Assembly: GCA_022813965.1 (NCBI GenBank)
Contig: JALDZS010000122.1
Coordinates: 54,408-74,407, forward strand
DNA from: Toensbergia leucococca
Lineage: Eukaryota
Direction: 5' to 3'
DNA length: 20,000 bases
This document shows, one piece after another, positions 9,603 through 20,000 of this stretch. The notes beneath the pieces were generated by a model. It ran no database searches and was not told the origin of the DNA. It worked only from the letters and a program-made list of their open reading frames with translations. Made by a program: the position numbers and the translations under genes. Each line of letters opens with the position of its first letter. Position 1 is the stretch's first letter.

Positions 9603-10665
9603 TCACAAATGCTCGTGGTAGAATTCCAACAAAGTCTTATACCCACGCTCATACTCCTCCTTGACACGCGGATTCTCCAAATCAGCCCTAGCAAGCAAGC
9701 ACACAACATCAGTCCCTCAATTCCCCCCCAAGTAACCCCCGGGAAGACTTACCGCGCAGACATCCATCCGTGGATCTGGTCGCTGAACGTCTCAATGTGG
9801 CTTTTCACGGTTAAGGATTCCCCAAAGGCTTTGACGGCCTCGGCGTCCTCGTCTTTGGACGCGAGGATGCAGACGGGGATCGTGAAGCCCTTTCCGTCGG
9901 CCGGGTCGATCATGGCCGGGTGCACCTCTGCGGCTGCTTTGAAGGGCGTGCCCTCTTGCGAGGTAAATGAGATGATCTGTCCGCCCAAGAAACCCCAATC
10001 AGCAAAAACATAGCACATCCCCCCATCTCACACCACGCCCCCCCCACAAAAAAAAATCTCATCCCTTACCTTCCCACCCCAACACTGCCCCAGCGAAGCC
10101 CACTGCTCAATCCCGCCCCCGACCTCCTTCTCAATCGCCTTGACCAACGGCCCCACCTTGGCCACATTCGGCTTCGGCGCCGCCGGGCCCGCGAAAAACG
10201 CGCCCAGTTTCTCCTTCTTCTCGTCCGTGTCGGGCGGGTACCAGGACGGCTCGCAGGGGCTGCCGAGGAAGAAGTCTGGGATGAAGACTTGGTATTGGTG
10301 GGAGGAGTCTGCGTGCGCGAGGATGTCGGCGCCTTGGAGGCCTTGGGGGCTGAAGCCGAAGATGTCGTAGATGATGAAGATTGCGGTTTTGGCGGTTGAG
10401 GGGCCGGTGGCGTCTTGGGGGGGGATGGGTTAGTTTTTTTCTTGGTTGTCTTTTTTTGGTTGGGGGATGGGGGGGGAGGACGGACAGATTTTCATGCCGT
10501 CGATTTCGAGGTATTTGCCTTTTTCCTGGTAGCCTTTTGCTACCACTGGAGGGATGGTGCAGCATGCCTGGTTATTGCTTTCATTAGGCCCAGCGCGGAG
10601 AGGAGGGGGAGATGCAAAGAACTAGATTTTTGTGTTTTTACCTCGCTGTGACCGTGGTGAGCCAT
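9603..10665 (-). CDS. Dienelactone hydrolase family alpha/beta hydrolase, about 252 aa
   Basis: Exons 10665-10642, 10567-10486, 10413-10070, 9976-9753, 9687-9603 sum to 759 nt in frame. MAHHGHSEACCTIPPVV, IYDIFG, nucleophile GQCWGG, VHPA, ASKDE, QIHGWMSARADL give an intact Cys-Asp-His triad. Confidence 0.93.
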
Positions 10666-13600
10666 GATGATTTGTATTTACTTTTGGGGGAAAAAATTGG
10701 TGTTTGTCAAATTTGGGATTTTTGGAAGTGAGGGTGTGGATCAAAGTGGAAGAATTTTTTGGGTATGATTGTTCAGCAAGCTTTTGAGCTGTTTTGTAGG
10801 TATGGTCGTCGATACTGTAAGAGAGGGGTCCTGGTGGGGCAGCCACTTGGGGAATGTAACTCTGCAAGTGCAAGTGCTATTATTTAAATCCGATCGATGT
10901 CCGGAGACTGCTGCACCAATCGCCAGGGCTGTTGCAGGCACCGAATAAATGAAAAACGGCGCCCGGAATCCTCGGGTTCATAGCATCAACTAGGATACAT
11001 GCAGCGTACGACTTATTTACTCACAGGTCGATGGTCCGAGGACAACCAATGAACACCGGGCCGCTAACGGCACAGTTCGACGATTAGGTAGAGAACGAGT
11101 GGAACTATGCATTGAGGTGGAAAATCTACGTAGGTTCAGCTCAAATTTCCTATCTTTGACCAATCGGAATCTCGTCAGATGGACTCAAATGGTCCTGCCT
11201 ATATCCACTCGTCCTTGTGGCTTGGAAACAGCTGGACCTCTTGCTTATGGAAGTTCCTTACTCAATGGCCCATTGCCTCGAACTTGTTTGAATTTGTTAG
11301 CCAGAAGGATTCTGAGCTTCATGTTGGTTCGAATCATTGACAGTTAGGACTCGTAGCTGGCGAAAGGCATGTCGCGAGTGCTGGCGTTGACTCTTTGGCT
11401 TGTTTTATTGGGTTTCGGGTTGTGTATGATTGTGGAGTTTAGAGAATGGATTGACAGGATGGATATTTTTTGACAGTACTCTGTTCAAAGAAATTGTACG
11501 GAATCTTTTGTATAGGAAGACTAGATATTAGTTGTAGAGTCACTTGAATGTGCTAAATATGAGGCTGTGTGCCAGGTGCTTGATAGAAGGCTTGTGTCTG
11601 AAGGTTGATATCCCGCTTCCTCACCAATGTCCATTCACTCGACGCAATTCTCCAGTGTATTATACTGTCTGTGTAACCACTCACCCCTGAGAGGATTTTG
11701 TATATCATCAATCGTAACACTACTAACACAGAGCAGAGACTTGAATTTCGTGGGCTGAGGGCTGTGCCATCTTTATATGCAAGCTTTGTCTCTCTTCCCT
11801 GTTTTCGTTCTGTCAAATGGCTTCTGAGATGTGACTTAGGCATATAAGAAAGCACAGGTATTTTCCTCAGGAACATGACTTCGCCATTGAGATTCGCTTA
11901 CATGAATGATACCGTGAGACGAACTCGATATCTCTTGCAATGTTTGTAAGAGTTGGGTAAAGACATGAGAGAACTTACTTCACAGGCATCAGAGCATTCA
12001 ATTGGTCAAAATTTGAAAGGGTTCTGAAGATTGTATCAGCATACAAAGAGAATTGTGGTACGCAGCCAGTGGCAATTTCGCTGAAAAGCAGGGCAATTCG
12101 TTTAGTGTTGCTGAGACATCAAAACAGTCGATGAGACCCGTAGGTCGCATATTTCTGAGGGGTATGGTAAAACTTGTGGTTTCGCATCTGTGGGGTGTAT
12201 TCCCCGTTCTGAAGTCTATGCTAGAGCCTCTCGCTCTAAGCGTTGGAAATCTTTTGGATCGATTGTTCCAGAAAACACTCTGATGTCACGCTGTGGAGAA
12301 TGCAGAAATTTTCTTTCATCTGACTTTCTCCAAATACTGAGATCGCCAGGAGTCGGTGTCATTTGTATCGATTCATCGGTAGAAAAATAAGACACGGAAT
12401 GCAGCTTTTTTGAGATTGCCTAGTAGAATGAGAAGAAGAGAAGGAGAACATATTGTCTCGTAATCTGGAGCAGCGACTTTGTGTAGCGAGCAGTTTCTTA
12501 TCCTTGTGCATAGCAACCGACCACAAACTCTCCGTGTGCGAGAGTGCGGAGAAACAAGGCGTCTGAGAAATTTGGAGGCACGATGAGAGGTTCAACATTG
12601 AAAAGCAGCAACCTGTGTCGTCGATGGCGTAGAAGATGCTCAGCGGCTGAGCTAGTACGCTGAATCGTTGCCATCTTGCAGGTGGATCCCATCAACACGA
12701 ACTAGCACTGTCTAATAATTGCTACACTCAAAGGGACGTCAAAAGAGGATCGCCATACTGGTCGATATCGATAGACTTCAAAGCATCCGAAAGGTAGATG
12801 CGAAATTTGCAGGACAGCGCTGACAGAGCCAGCCTCAATAGAGGCTACAGTAATGACGAGTGCTCGTAGCAGAGCACGAGCTAGCAAATGAAGGAGATTT
12901 TGAGGCATGACTAGACGAGTCGAAAATGCGAAGAAAGAAACAATCAAGGATGCTCATTAAACAATGAGATTTGATCTGTACGGCTGCAATGAAGAAATTT
13001 TCTAGCAGTGTATTGCGCGCTAGCCTTCTAAATCAGATCGGTCGCGAGTAGGTACTCATATTTAGCTTGTTGAAGTGGTCCAGAATGAGCCGCAGAGATT
13101 TTCTTGGATGTCTTGCAGCGGGAGCTGAAAGGCAAAATTGTTCTTGGATCTCCTGCGAGTGTCGAAGCCGCAGCGGCAGAAGCCGATAAGTTGCGCCTTT
13201 CAGCCAAGTGTTGGAATGGCAACCCCGATTGATGCCAGCCTTGTACGTAAGTTCTAGAAGTGTGTGACTCGCTATCTTCCTATATGTCAAACAAACGATG
13301 GAGCAGACTAAGATGATCGTCGATCTCAAAGCATAGATTAGATCTCCTAATCAAAGCATGGTACTCATACGAGGACTCCTATCGAAACAAGTCTAACGTC
13401 TATCAGCATCACGTGAGGAGGCGGATCGAGGGTAAGGCGGATATTCTCAAACATGGAACAGGCGCGCCACACTCTGGGGTGTAGATGTGGATACCATAGC
13501 TCGACGCACAACACAGAAAACGATGACCACCAACGCATGAACGACTTATGCAGCAATGATGGAAGCTGTCCAGTGGATTGCAGGCGCCAGATGGTTTGTC

Positions 13601-14832
13601 CAAGCAAAATACAAGAAAAGGAAGACATTACGATATAAGCTCCGCACAGATCGAGATGAGTGATAACTTTGTCTTGGACCTACCAATTATTTTGCTCAGG
13701 GCTGTAGCTGTGATGATGGTCAGGTTAGCATAGAAGGTCTGATGGAAGCCACTCTGAATTGCGGCTCTACCTGTAACCCCATTAGGCGGGGGTAGTAGGT
13801 ATGCGATCTGTCTGCCCTGCCGCGACTTGCGTCTAGAATATCTTGGATCAAGTAAGAGTCGAGTCACTAGTCACTACTACAGTATCTCACGGGATGGGGA
13901 TACTTTAGCTGTAGGGCAGTAATAAACGAGGGTGGAGTAGAATACGATGGTGACGGTATGTTTGAAAATTCTCGCAGTGGAGTTTCTGGTGTGAATGCGA
14001 TTCTTGAAACGTTAGTCGTCATGGATATGTGGATGGGCAAATCACAGAGCAGGTTTGAATGGTCGACTTCGCTATGCGCATCAATTACAGACAAGTTGGG
14101 TTGCAGACTACCGGATACTACTGCAACTAAATACTGACACTACTGACAATGATCAACGCCAAAATCCCCGACGAGCACGTTTCTTAGTTGTTCCATCGTC
14201 ATGCGACGCCTTGCTCTAGTTGCTTAGGAGCATTTACGTGGGGCCACTCTCTCCTGCTTCCTGATGATTGGTCCGCCAATTGCTGCGCCTGTCTCATTGC
14301 GCCCAAGAGGCCTGTGGAAGCTGCCTCGATGCCTCAAACCCACCAACGACGCCGTGCACCAGTGTGCCACTTACTACTACCATCTACTCCACCCAGCCCC
14401 GTCAGCACTAAGTACCTAATCGAATTCATTCGGGCCACCTAGTCATGCATCGCAGACGTTTGGGCCCTGCGCAAATAGGTGACGAGCATTACGAGTACTG
14501 TTCTGAAAAACCGTTTCATGCTGACCATGCGCCGATGCAACTATGGACTGAAAGCACTGTTACAAGCGCAACCGGAGGAGAAGAGCAACATTTGAGCCTG
14601 TCAGATGATGTTGATGCTAACCTGGCCTCTTCATCTCTGTTGTCCCTCGTAGAATATCATTTCTGACACTCGATGCTGTGTTTTGAACATTGCCATGTGC
14701 ATCGCTAACATAACCAAACCCTAACCAATGTTGATTCTCCCCCCCAAACCTATTACAGCTCTCTGTTGTTAGATATCTGGCTTCCAACTTCTAGCCTTGC
14801 GTATTACCAACACATCTTCGACTGTGCCTTTG

Positions 14833-14906
14833 GTAAGTCCCACAAAATCATTGGCCTCGTCCAATAAATGTGCCTGTGCCTTATACTGATGCTGCGCCTC
14901 TAATAG
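14833..14906 (+). other. Probable 5' UTR intron of the downstream gene
   Basis: GTAAGT donor at 14833, CTGAT/CTAAT branch candidates, TAG acceptor at 14906, 30 nt before ATG 14937. The upstream in-frame segment has a stop and no ATG. Confidence 0.55.
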
Positions 14907-14936
14907 TCCTCTGGCATTTCTCCTGTGGGACCTAGG

Positions 14937-17900
14937 ATGCCTCTCGCAAGTAAGCCCCGCGACGTCCCACCACGTTTCAGTGTCGACCGCAGCAGCAAAA
15001 GCCTGAAGGATGTTTTGAAAATGGCATCTCAGTATCCCAAATCCAACAAACCACGCCGCTCCACCCTATCCGTCTCTGATATGTGTTTCCCCGTCAACAC
15101 ATCGAGATCTTTTCTGTGTAAGAGTGGAAAAATGAAAACCTTTCCACGCGCACAAGTCGACGCAAAACCTGTGGCAACCCATCCACAGGCCGGCCCTCCG
15201 CCAGCAGATGTTACTGTGAAGCAGCCAAAGTACCTTGACATCTTAGGAACTGCCTTGGTAGAAGAGCATGCCTTGCCAAAGTCTAGGAGCATTCCAAGAC
15301 GCAGTGCGAGTTCACACAAGACTAAGACCGGCGAGATGGAGAAATCTGTGGTAAGAAGTGACTGGATAGAGGCTTCTCTCCAGGGCGATATCGATCCATC
15401 ATCAAGTCACTTCACATATCTTGCTTACCTAGACCGAGCATTCAATCTTGCAAACGAGGATAGACGCAGGTCGACTAGCAATACCAAGGTGGAGCTTGCT
15501 GGAGATAGCAGTGACTCTTTGGAGCCTTGGGCAGACACAGACAATGCTTCCATGGAAGTCCCTTTCCAATTATCAGCGAAAGATCGAAGACCTAAAATTC
15601 AAGTTACCATCCCTGAAAGACGACCCTCCTCTCGCCCATTGAGACATCACCAAAGTCTGAAGATTGGAGAGAAAAGGAGTACCCATCCCGATGAAACACC
15701 AAATATATTATCACCACCGTCGACTGTCTCGCGCCGAAGAACCTGCTGTGAGGCTTCACCTGCAGAATTATCCATCGTGTCTCCTTTGTCTATTGTGGAA
15801 ATGCCGAAACCACAAAGACCATTTTCAGCTCTATCTTTTGAAGATATGGCGGGCCTGCCACGAAGTACGCCAATAGTGACAAAGTCTGCAATTTCGGATT
15901 CTTCCGATGACGCCGGCGAACATGACGATAGATCCTCTAACTATAGTCCTCGTTCTTCAATGTCTAGCTATGCCTCCGAGACAGGTTACATCAAGGTTTC
16001 CCAAGAACGGAGACCTAGTGCTTTCTCTGTCATATCACCCACGGATGCAGGTGTCTTCGACAACATGCGAGGTATAGTGCCAAAGGTCCCAAAGGTAATG
16101 AAGAGCACCTCCTCTTTGATACATAGAAACAAGCCCTTACCGCCAGAGCCTGGAGAGATGACTGTTGGGCCTTTGAACTTCTCTGGCCAGTCTCTGTCAC
16201 GAACAAGCAGTATGAAGGCAAGAGGCAAGGTACCATTGCCTCTCGACGTCTCTAGAGAGTATTCCAGTGCCGGGAGCACTCCTATTGATAGACTGTCTCG
16301 GAGAACGTCATTGAGGTCAAAATATACCCCTGCAGATCTTGACGCCCTTGACGATGCATTCAGAAACACCAGCCCTCCTAAACCCGAGCCATATACTGCG
16401 CCAACACTCAGCCAGGTTGAAAAGGCCCTCGAAGCGCACCTTGTCACCATCGTCGAAGAATCACCTCTGATACACGATCCTCTACAAATTAGCCGCGGAC
16501 CCATGCATATGGAGCCATCTCGTCGAGCTCCACCGCCCCCGAGTCGAAATCAGCATTCGTTCGAGGCTGACCAAGGGTATCGAAAGCGGCTGCAAAAGAG
16601 ATCGACCAGTCATGTAGCTTTGCAATTGAAAGCGGGAGATCAAGACCAAGAGAAAGTGAGGAGACGTGTTTCCGCAATGGGCTCAAGCCTGAAAGCCGAT
16701 AGAATCCTTGGCAAGAGCAGGTCGATTAGTCCTCTTGACATGCAGCGAGGACCAAGCTCGGAGTCGAATTGGAGCTCAAGTGAATCTCAGCGAGCTTACG
16801 AACTTGACTTTAGCTCAGCAGACGATCCACCTACTCCAGAAAGCGATTTGTCATCTATTTCAGACGCGGCTTTCGAGGAAGTACGGAAGAGATTGGAGTT
16901 ATTGAGCCCAAAAGACGACCCTTCGAGGACTTTCTTCCATCTTCATGAGCGGAACATTTCGAGTTCATCCGAGTCCTCGGCCGAATTTGATATCCAGCCC
17001 TTGCGGCGTAGGGTTCGCCCTAGTGTTTCTGTAGATGGACTCAAGATGTTCGAACAACCAAGCCCAGCTCGTGTTATACCTCGTTCTTACGCAGAATACG
17101 TGCCTGCGACTCCTCCTATGGCAATCGAGAAGAGTCAAATCAAGACGGGAGATCAGTCAATCCCAGTACAGATTCATAGCAGCCCCGAACGAAGATCTAC
17201 CGTGCCCGAGATCGGTGAAGTCAACTTACCAGAATTATCTGTATCGGTCGAGGATCTTTGCAATTTTGGGCAAGAACTAAGTAGTATTGAGGTAGCAGAT
17301 GATAGCCATATTCATCCACTTGAGCGACGAGGTCGTCAAGAGGACCAAATACCACGGTCCTTGACCTCCATTACCATGTCGGAGATTCCAGAGATCTATG
17401 CTAGCCTTCCGTCCCGAACATCGACCATGACAACACTAAGCATTGAAGAAGCTGAACGCCGGATATCTGCACATGCCGCCGAGAAAGTACTACTCCGTGT
17501 TTTGAGAGAGTTGGATAACCTACAAGATCTATTTGCTGCCGCAACGGTCAGCAGAGGTTTCTACCGCACTTTCAAACGTCATGAGCTCTCATTGATGAAG
17601 AATGCACTTTTCGGCATGTCACCGGCAGCATGGGAGCTCCGTGAGGCCTCTAGTCCGAAGCTAGGGTATACCCCCTCGTTATACTTACGACACTATATGA
17701 GAGACATGTATACCATGATTGAACTGAAGTCGTTAATACTGATTCACTGCGAATCATTTCTCCGCCCTGATACTATCACAGCGCTTGCGGGCGGCGAGAC
17801 AGAAAGATCGCCTCAGGTTGATGATGCTTTCTGGCGTATATGGACTTTCTGCAAGCTCTTTGGGTGTGGTGAGACCAAGGGGGAAGATGATGTTGTCGGT

Positions 17901-19044
17901 CAGATGGACTGGCTCAAGGGCGGCGTGCTGGCAAATCAACAAATCGAAGGCAACAACGCTTTGGGTCAAGATGTTAGGGTGAACACTGTAGTGCTCAGTC
18001 CACCATCTGGCTTTGCCCAAGGCAATGCTGGTGGCCTTAGCGCCGAGGAACTTTACGACATGACAGAGATTTGGACATGCTTAGGTGTGTTAGTGCGTGG
18101 CTTTCAAGGAAAGCGTCAAGAAGCCCGCGACTATGGTATCTTCGACCACATAGACATTGCCCTCGGCGATGTTGAAAAAGAAGATGCAGCACTTGGTTAG
18201 TCAGTTGTTCCGAAATACTATAAATCTTGCTAATATTCAAACAGAGGAATGGACTTATCATCTACTTACTCTAGCTCCTCCAACAATTCTTGATATTACC
18301 TCTCCAGACACTCCATCCGCCACGACTTTTGCCCACGCTCGATCAAGAGGCTACACCACTTGGTCTCCTCCTTCTTCAGGGGCCTCTCGTTCAACCTTCC
18401 TCAAAGAAGCCCTCTCTCGCGTCTACGAAGAGAAGATGTGTCAACGTCATCCCAGCATCGCCAAAGCCAATTCCCTCACGGTACCTTCCTTGGATTCTCC
18501 AGACCTTTCGGATCCCATTATCGCATCTCGCCAGCGATGCGCTGCATACGCTGACGAAATACGAGCAAGACGTGATGATCCGACTTTCAAGGCCCTCCCA
18601 AACTCGGAAGAGCGACCCATGAGCAAATTCCCTGACGTCCTCTCCAAGCTTGAAGTCCACCCGACCGTTACCGTAAATTCAGTCCCACTCTCTACTCCCT
18701 CCCCGCTCAAAACCTCCACTCTCACCATCCCTTCCCCCAAGCCCGCAATATCCTCATCGCGCCGCTCCTCTCAGGAGAAAGTCCTCGCACCAAACACTGT
18801 CGTTGTCCCAATGGGCCCTCAAGTTCGTGACCCTGTGGATGTGGCTGTTGAGAAATTTGTCGCCATGGGCTTTGAGGAGGCCAAGGCTAAGAGGGCGTTG
18901 GCGGATACGGATAGTGGGAATAGTATTGACTTTGAGAAGGCGTTGGAGGTGTTGGTGAGGCAGAAGAGGAGGAGTGGGGTTTTAGATTGGACTTTTCCCG
19001 TGGCGGGCGAGGAGGGTGGGAAGGGGATGGTTCGGTTTGCGTGA
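14937..19044 (+). CDS. Large fungal protein, about 1352 aa: disordered Ser/Pro/Arg-rich N-terminus, F-box-like segment, helical domain, C-terminal UBA domain
   Basis: Exons 14937-18195 and 18245-19044; intron GTTAGT...GCTAAT...CAG joins the 1091-aa and 295-aa ORFs as AALEEWTYHLL. F-box-like AAEKVLLRVLRELDNLQDLFAAATVSRGFY; UBA DPVDVAVEKFVAMGFEEAKAKRALADTDSGNSIDFEKALEVL. Start could instead be Met 15021. Confidence 0.85.
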
Positions 19045-19227
19045 GGGCTTGGGTTGACGCTGCTGTTTTTATTTTGTCTCTGGTTCCTTTTGTTGGGTGG
19101 TGGATTTCTTTCTTCTTGGCTGTGTGAGTGTTGTTTTTTGAGCGGATATCCTGTATTCGTTTTCCATATACCACCCTTTGTTTGCTCTAACTATCTCTTT
19201 TTTTTTTCTCCTTGTCTTCTCCAAAAC

Positions 19228-19231
19228 TTAT

Positions 19232-19276
<45 letters not shown>

Positions 19277-19287
19277 CACCACCACCA
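19228..19287. repeat. Compound trinucleotide microsatellite (TTA)2(CTA)11(CCA)7
   Basis: Read directly from the sequence. Confidence 0.95.
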
Positions 19288-19499
19288 CATATAGAATAAT
19301 GCAAAAATATCTGCCCTGATGTTTCTAGTCTCTTGAATCATGGTCAAACCATATTAAAAAACCGCACCTGAATTTCTGAGAGATCATTGACGGAAATCTG
19401 ATTGTTTGTGCTCTTTTACTTTTGAACTCCGCTTGATGCCCCCCCCTCTCTTCTTGAAAAGAAGGAGGAAAATATATATATTAAATTGTGCTAATCATG

Positions 19500-20000
19500 C
19501 CAAGGTACGGTCATTTTCATCATTTCATCTGAGGGGTCAGTTCATCTGAATCCTCCTCATGAAACGTTTCACATTTAGTGCCTCATCAGCCTCAACTCAG
19601 AATCACCTCAAAATTCACATGATTGAGAGTTCATGCACCTAGCTAGCTTTCTCATTCATTCATTATATACTATTTGAACAGTACTTCATCAGAGATATCA
19701 CCTCATCATGTGATTATCTCTGACGTCCTGCTAAAGTATGTCCTCTACACTTATTTGAGAAGCAGAAAGTTCTGATGTATCCTTTTCTGAGCTCTGTGAT
19801 TTAATCTTTCTTGAATCATCTTTATATTTCTATAATCTAGCATGAAGAGATTAATCTATTAAATACTTTTAAAAGCTATGATTGTTAAGGTGATGTTTGT
19901 AAAGAATTGAGGGTGTGAATTCAGGGTCTACAGTGTACTACAAAAAGGTATCCCTCTAATACTATTAAATCTATGTATGTAAAAGCAGTTTAATGTGTCA
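19500..20000. mobile_element. Possible hypermutated repeat/transposon relic (CpG-depleted, AT-rich); family unidentified
   Basis: Only two CpG by eye in 19511-20000 (near 19565 and 19724), abundant TCA/TGA, no ORF. No transposase or LTR features were recognised. Confidence 0.35.

Noticed and set aside
9603..9614. C-terminal EHL (hydrolase) and DRF (SDR) as peroxisomal signals, given the nearby PMP22-like gene
   Set aside because: Neither fits the PTS1 consensus [SAC][KRH][LM].
11326..11335. GGTTCGAATC, a B-box / tRNA T-loop-like motif
   Set aside because: The flanks do not form a T-stem, and no cloverleaf or A-box is evident.
14445..14666. 73-aa ORF upstream of the F-box/UBA gene
   Set aside because: No homology cue and no in-frame splice to the main ORF was found; at most a uORF.
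19054..19299. 81-aa Leu/Pro-rich ORF
   Set aside because: Artefact of a T-rich 3' UTR and the microsatellite, with a non-ATG start.
1..20000. CRISPR array, rRNA, intact transposon, or recent bacterial horizontal transfer
   Set aside because: No spaced repeats, rRNA motifs or transposase/RT ORFs were seen. The bacterial-like genes carry multiple spliceosomal introns, so any transfer would be ancient.

Overview
Intron-containing genomic DNA from a filamentous ascomycete (Pezizomycotina-type GT..CTRAY..AG introns, compact spacing). I reconstructed seven protein-coding genes by hand: an MFS transporter (minus, runs off the left edge), a membrane-anchored CE2/SGNH-fold protein that appears to lack catalytic residues, an Mpv17/PMP22 protein, a short-chain dehydrogenase (SDR), a glutamine-synthetase-like gamma-glutamyl ligase transcribed divergently from the SDR, a dienelactone hydrolase, and a 1352-aa protein with an F-box-like segment and a C-terminal UBA domain. 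The window ends in a compound microsatellite and a CpG-depleted AT-rich relic. The best lead is the head-to-head SDR/GS-like pair sharing a GATA-rich promoter. It resembles the core of the actinobacterial glnA4 amine/ethanolamine gamma-glutamylation operon and may be a fungal version of that pathway. Homology calls come from motif recognition and recall, not database searches.
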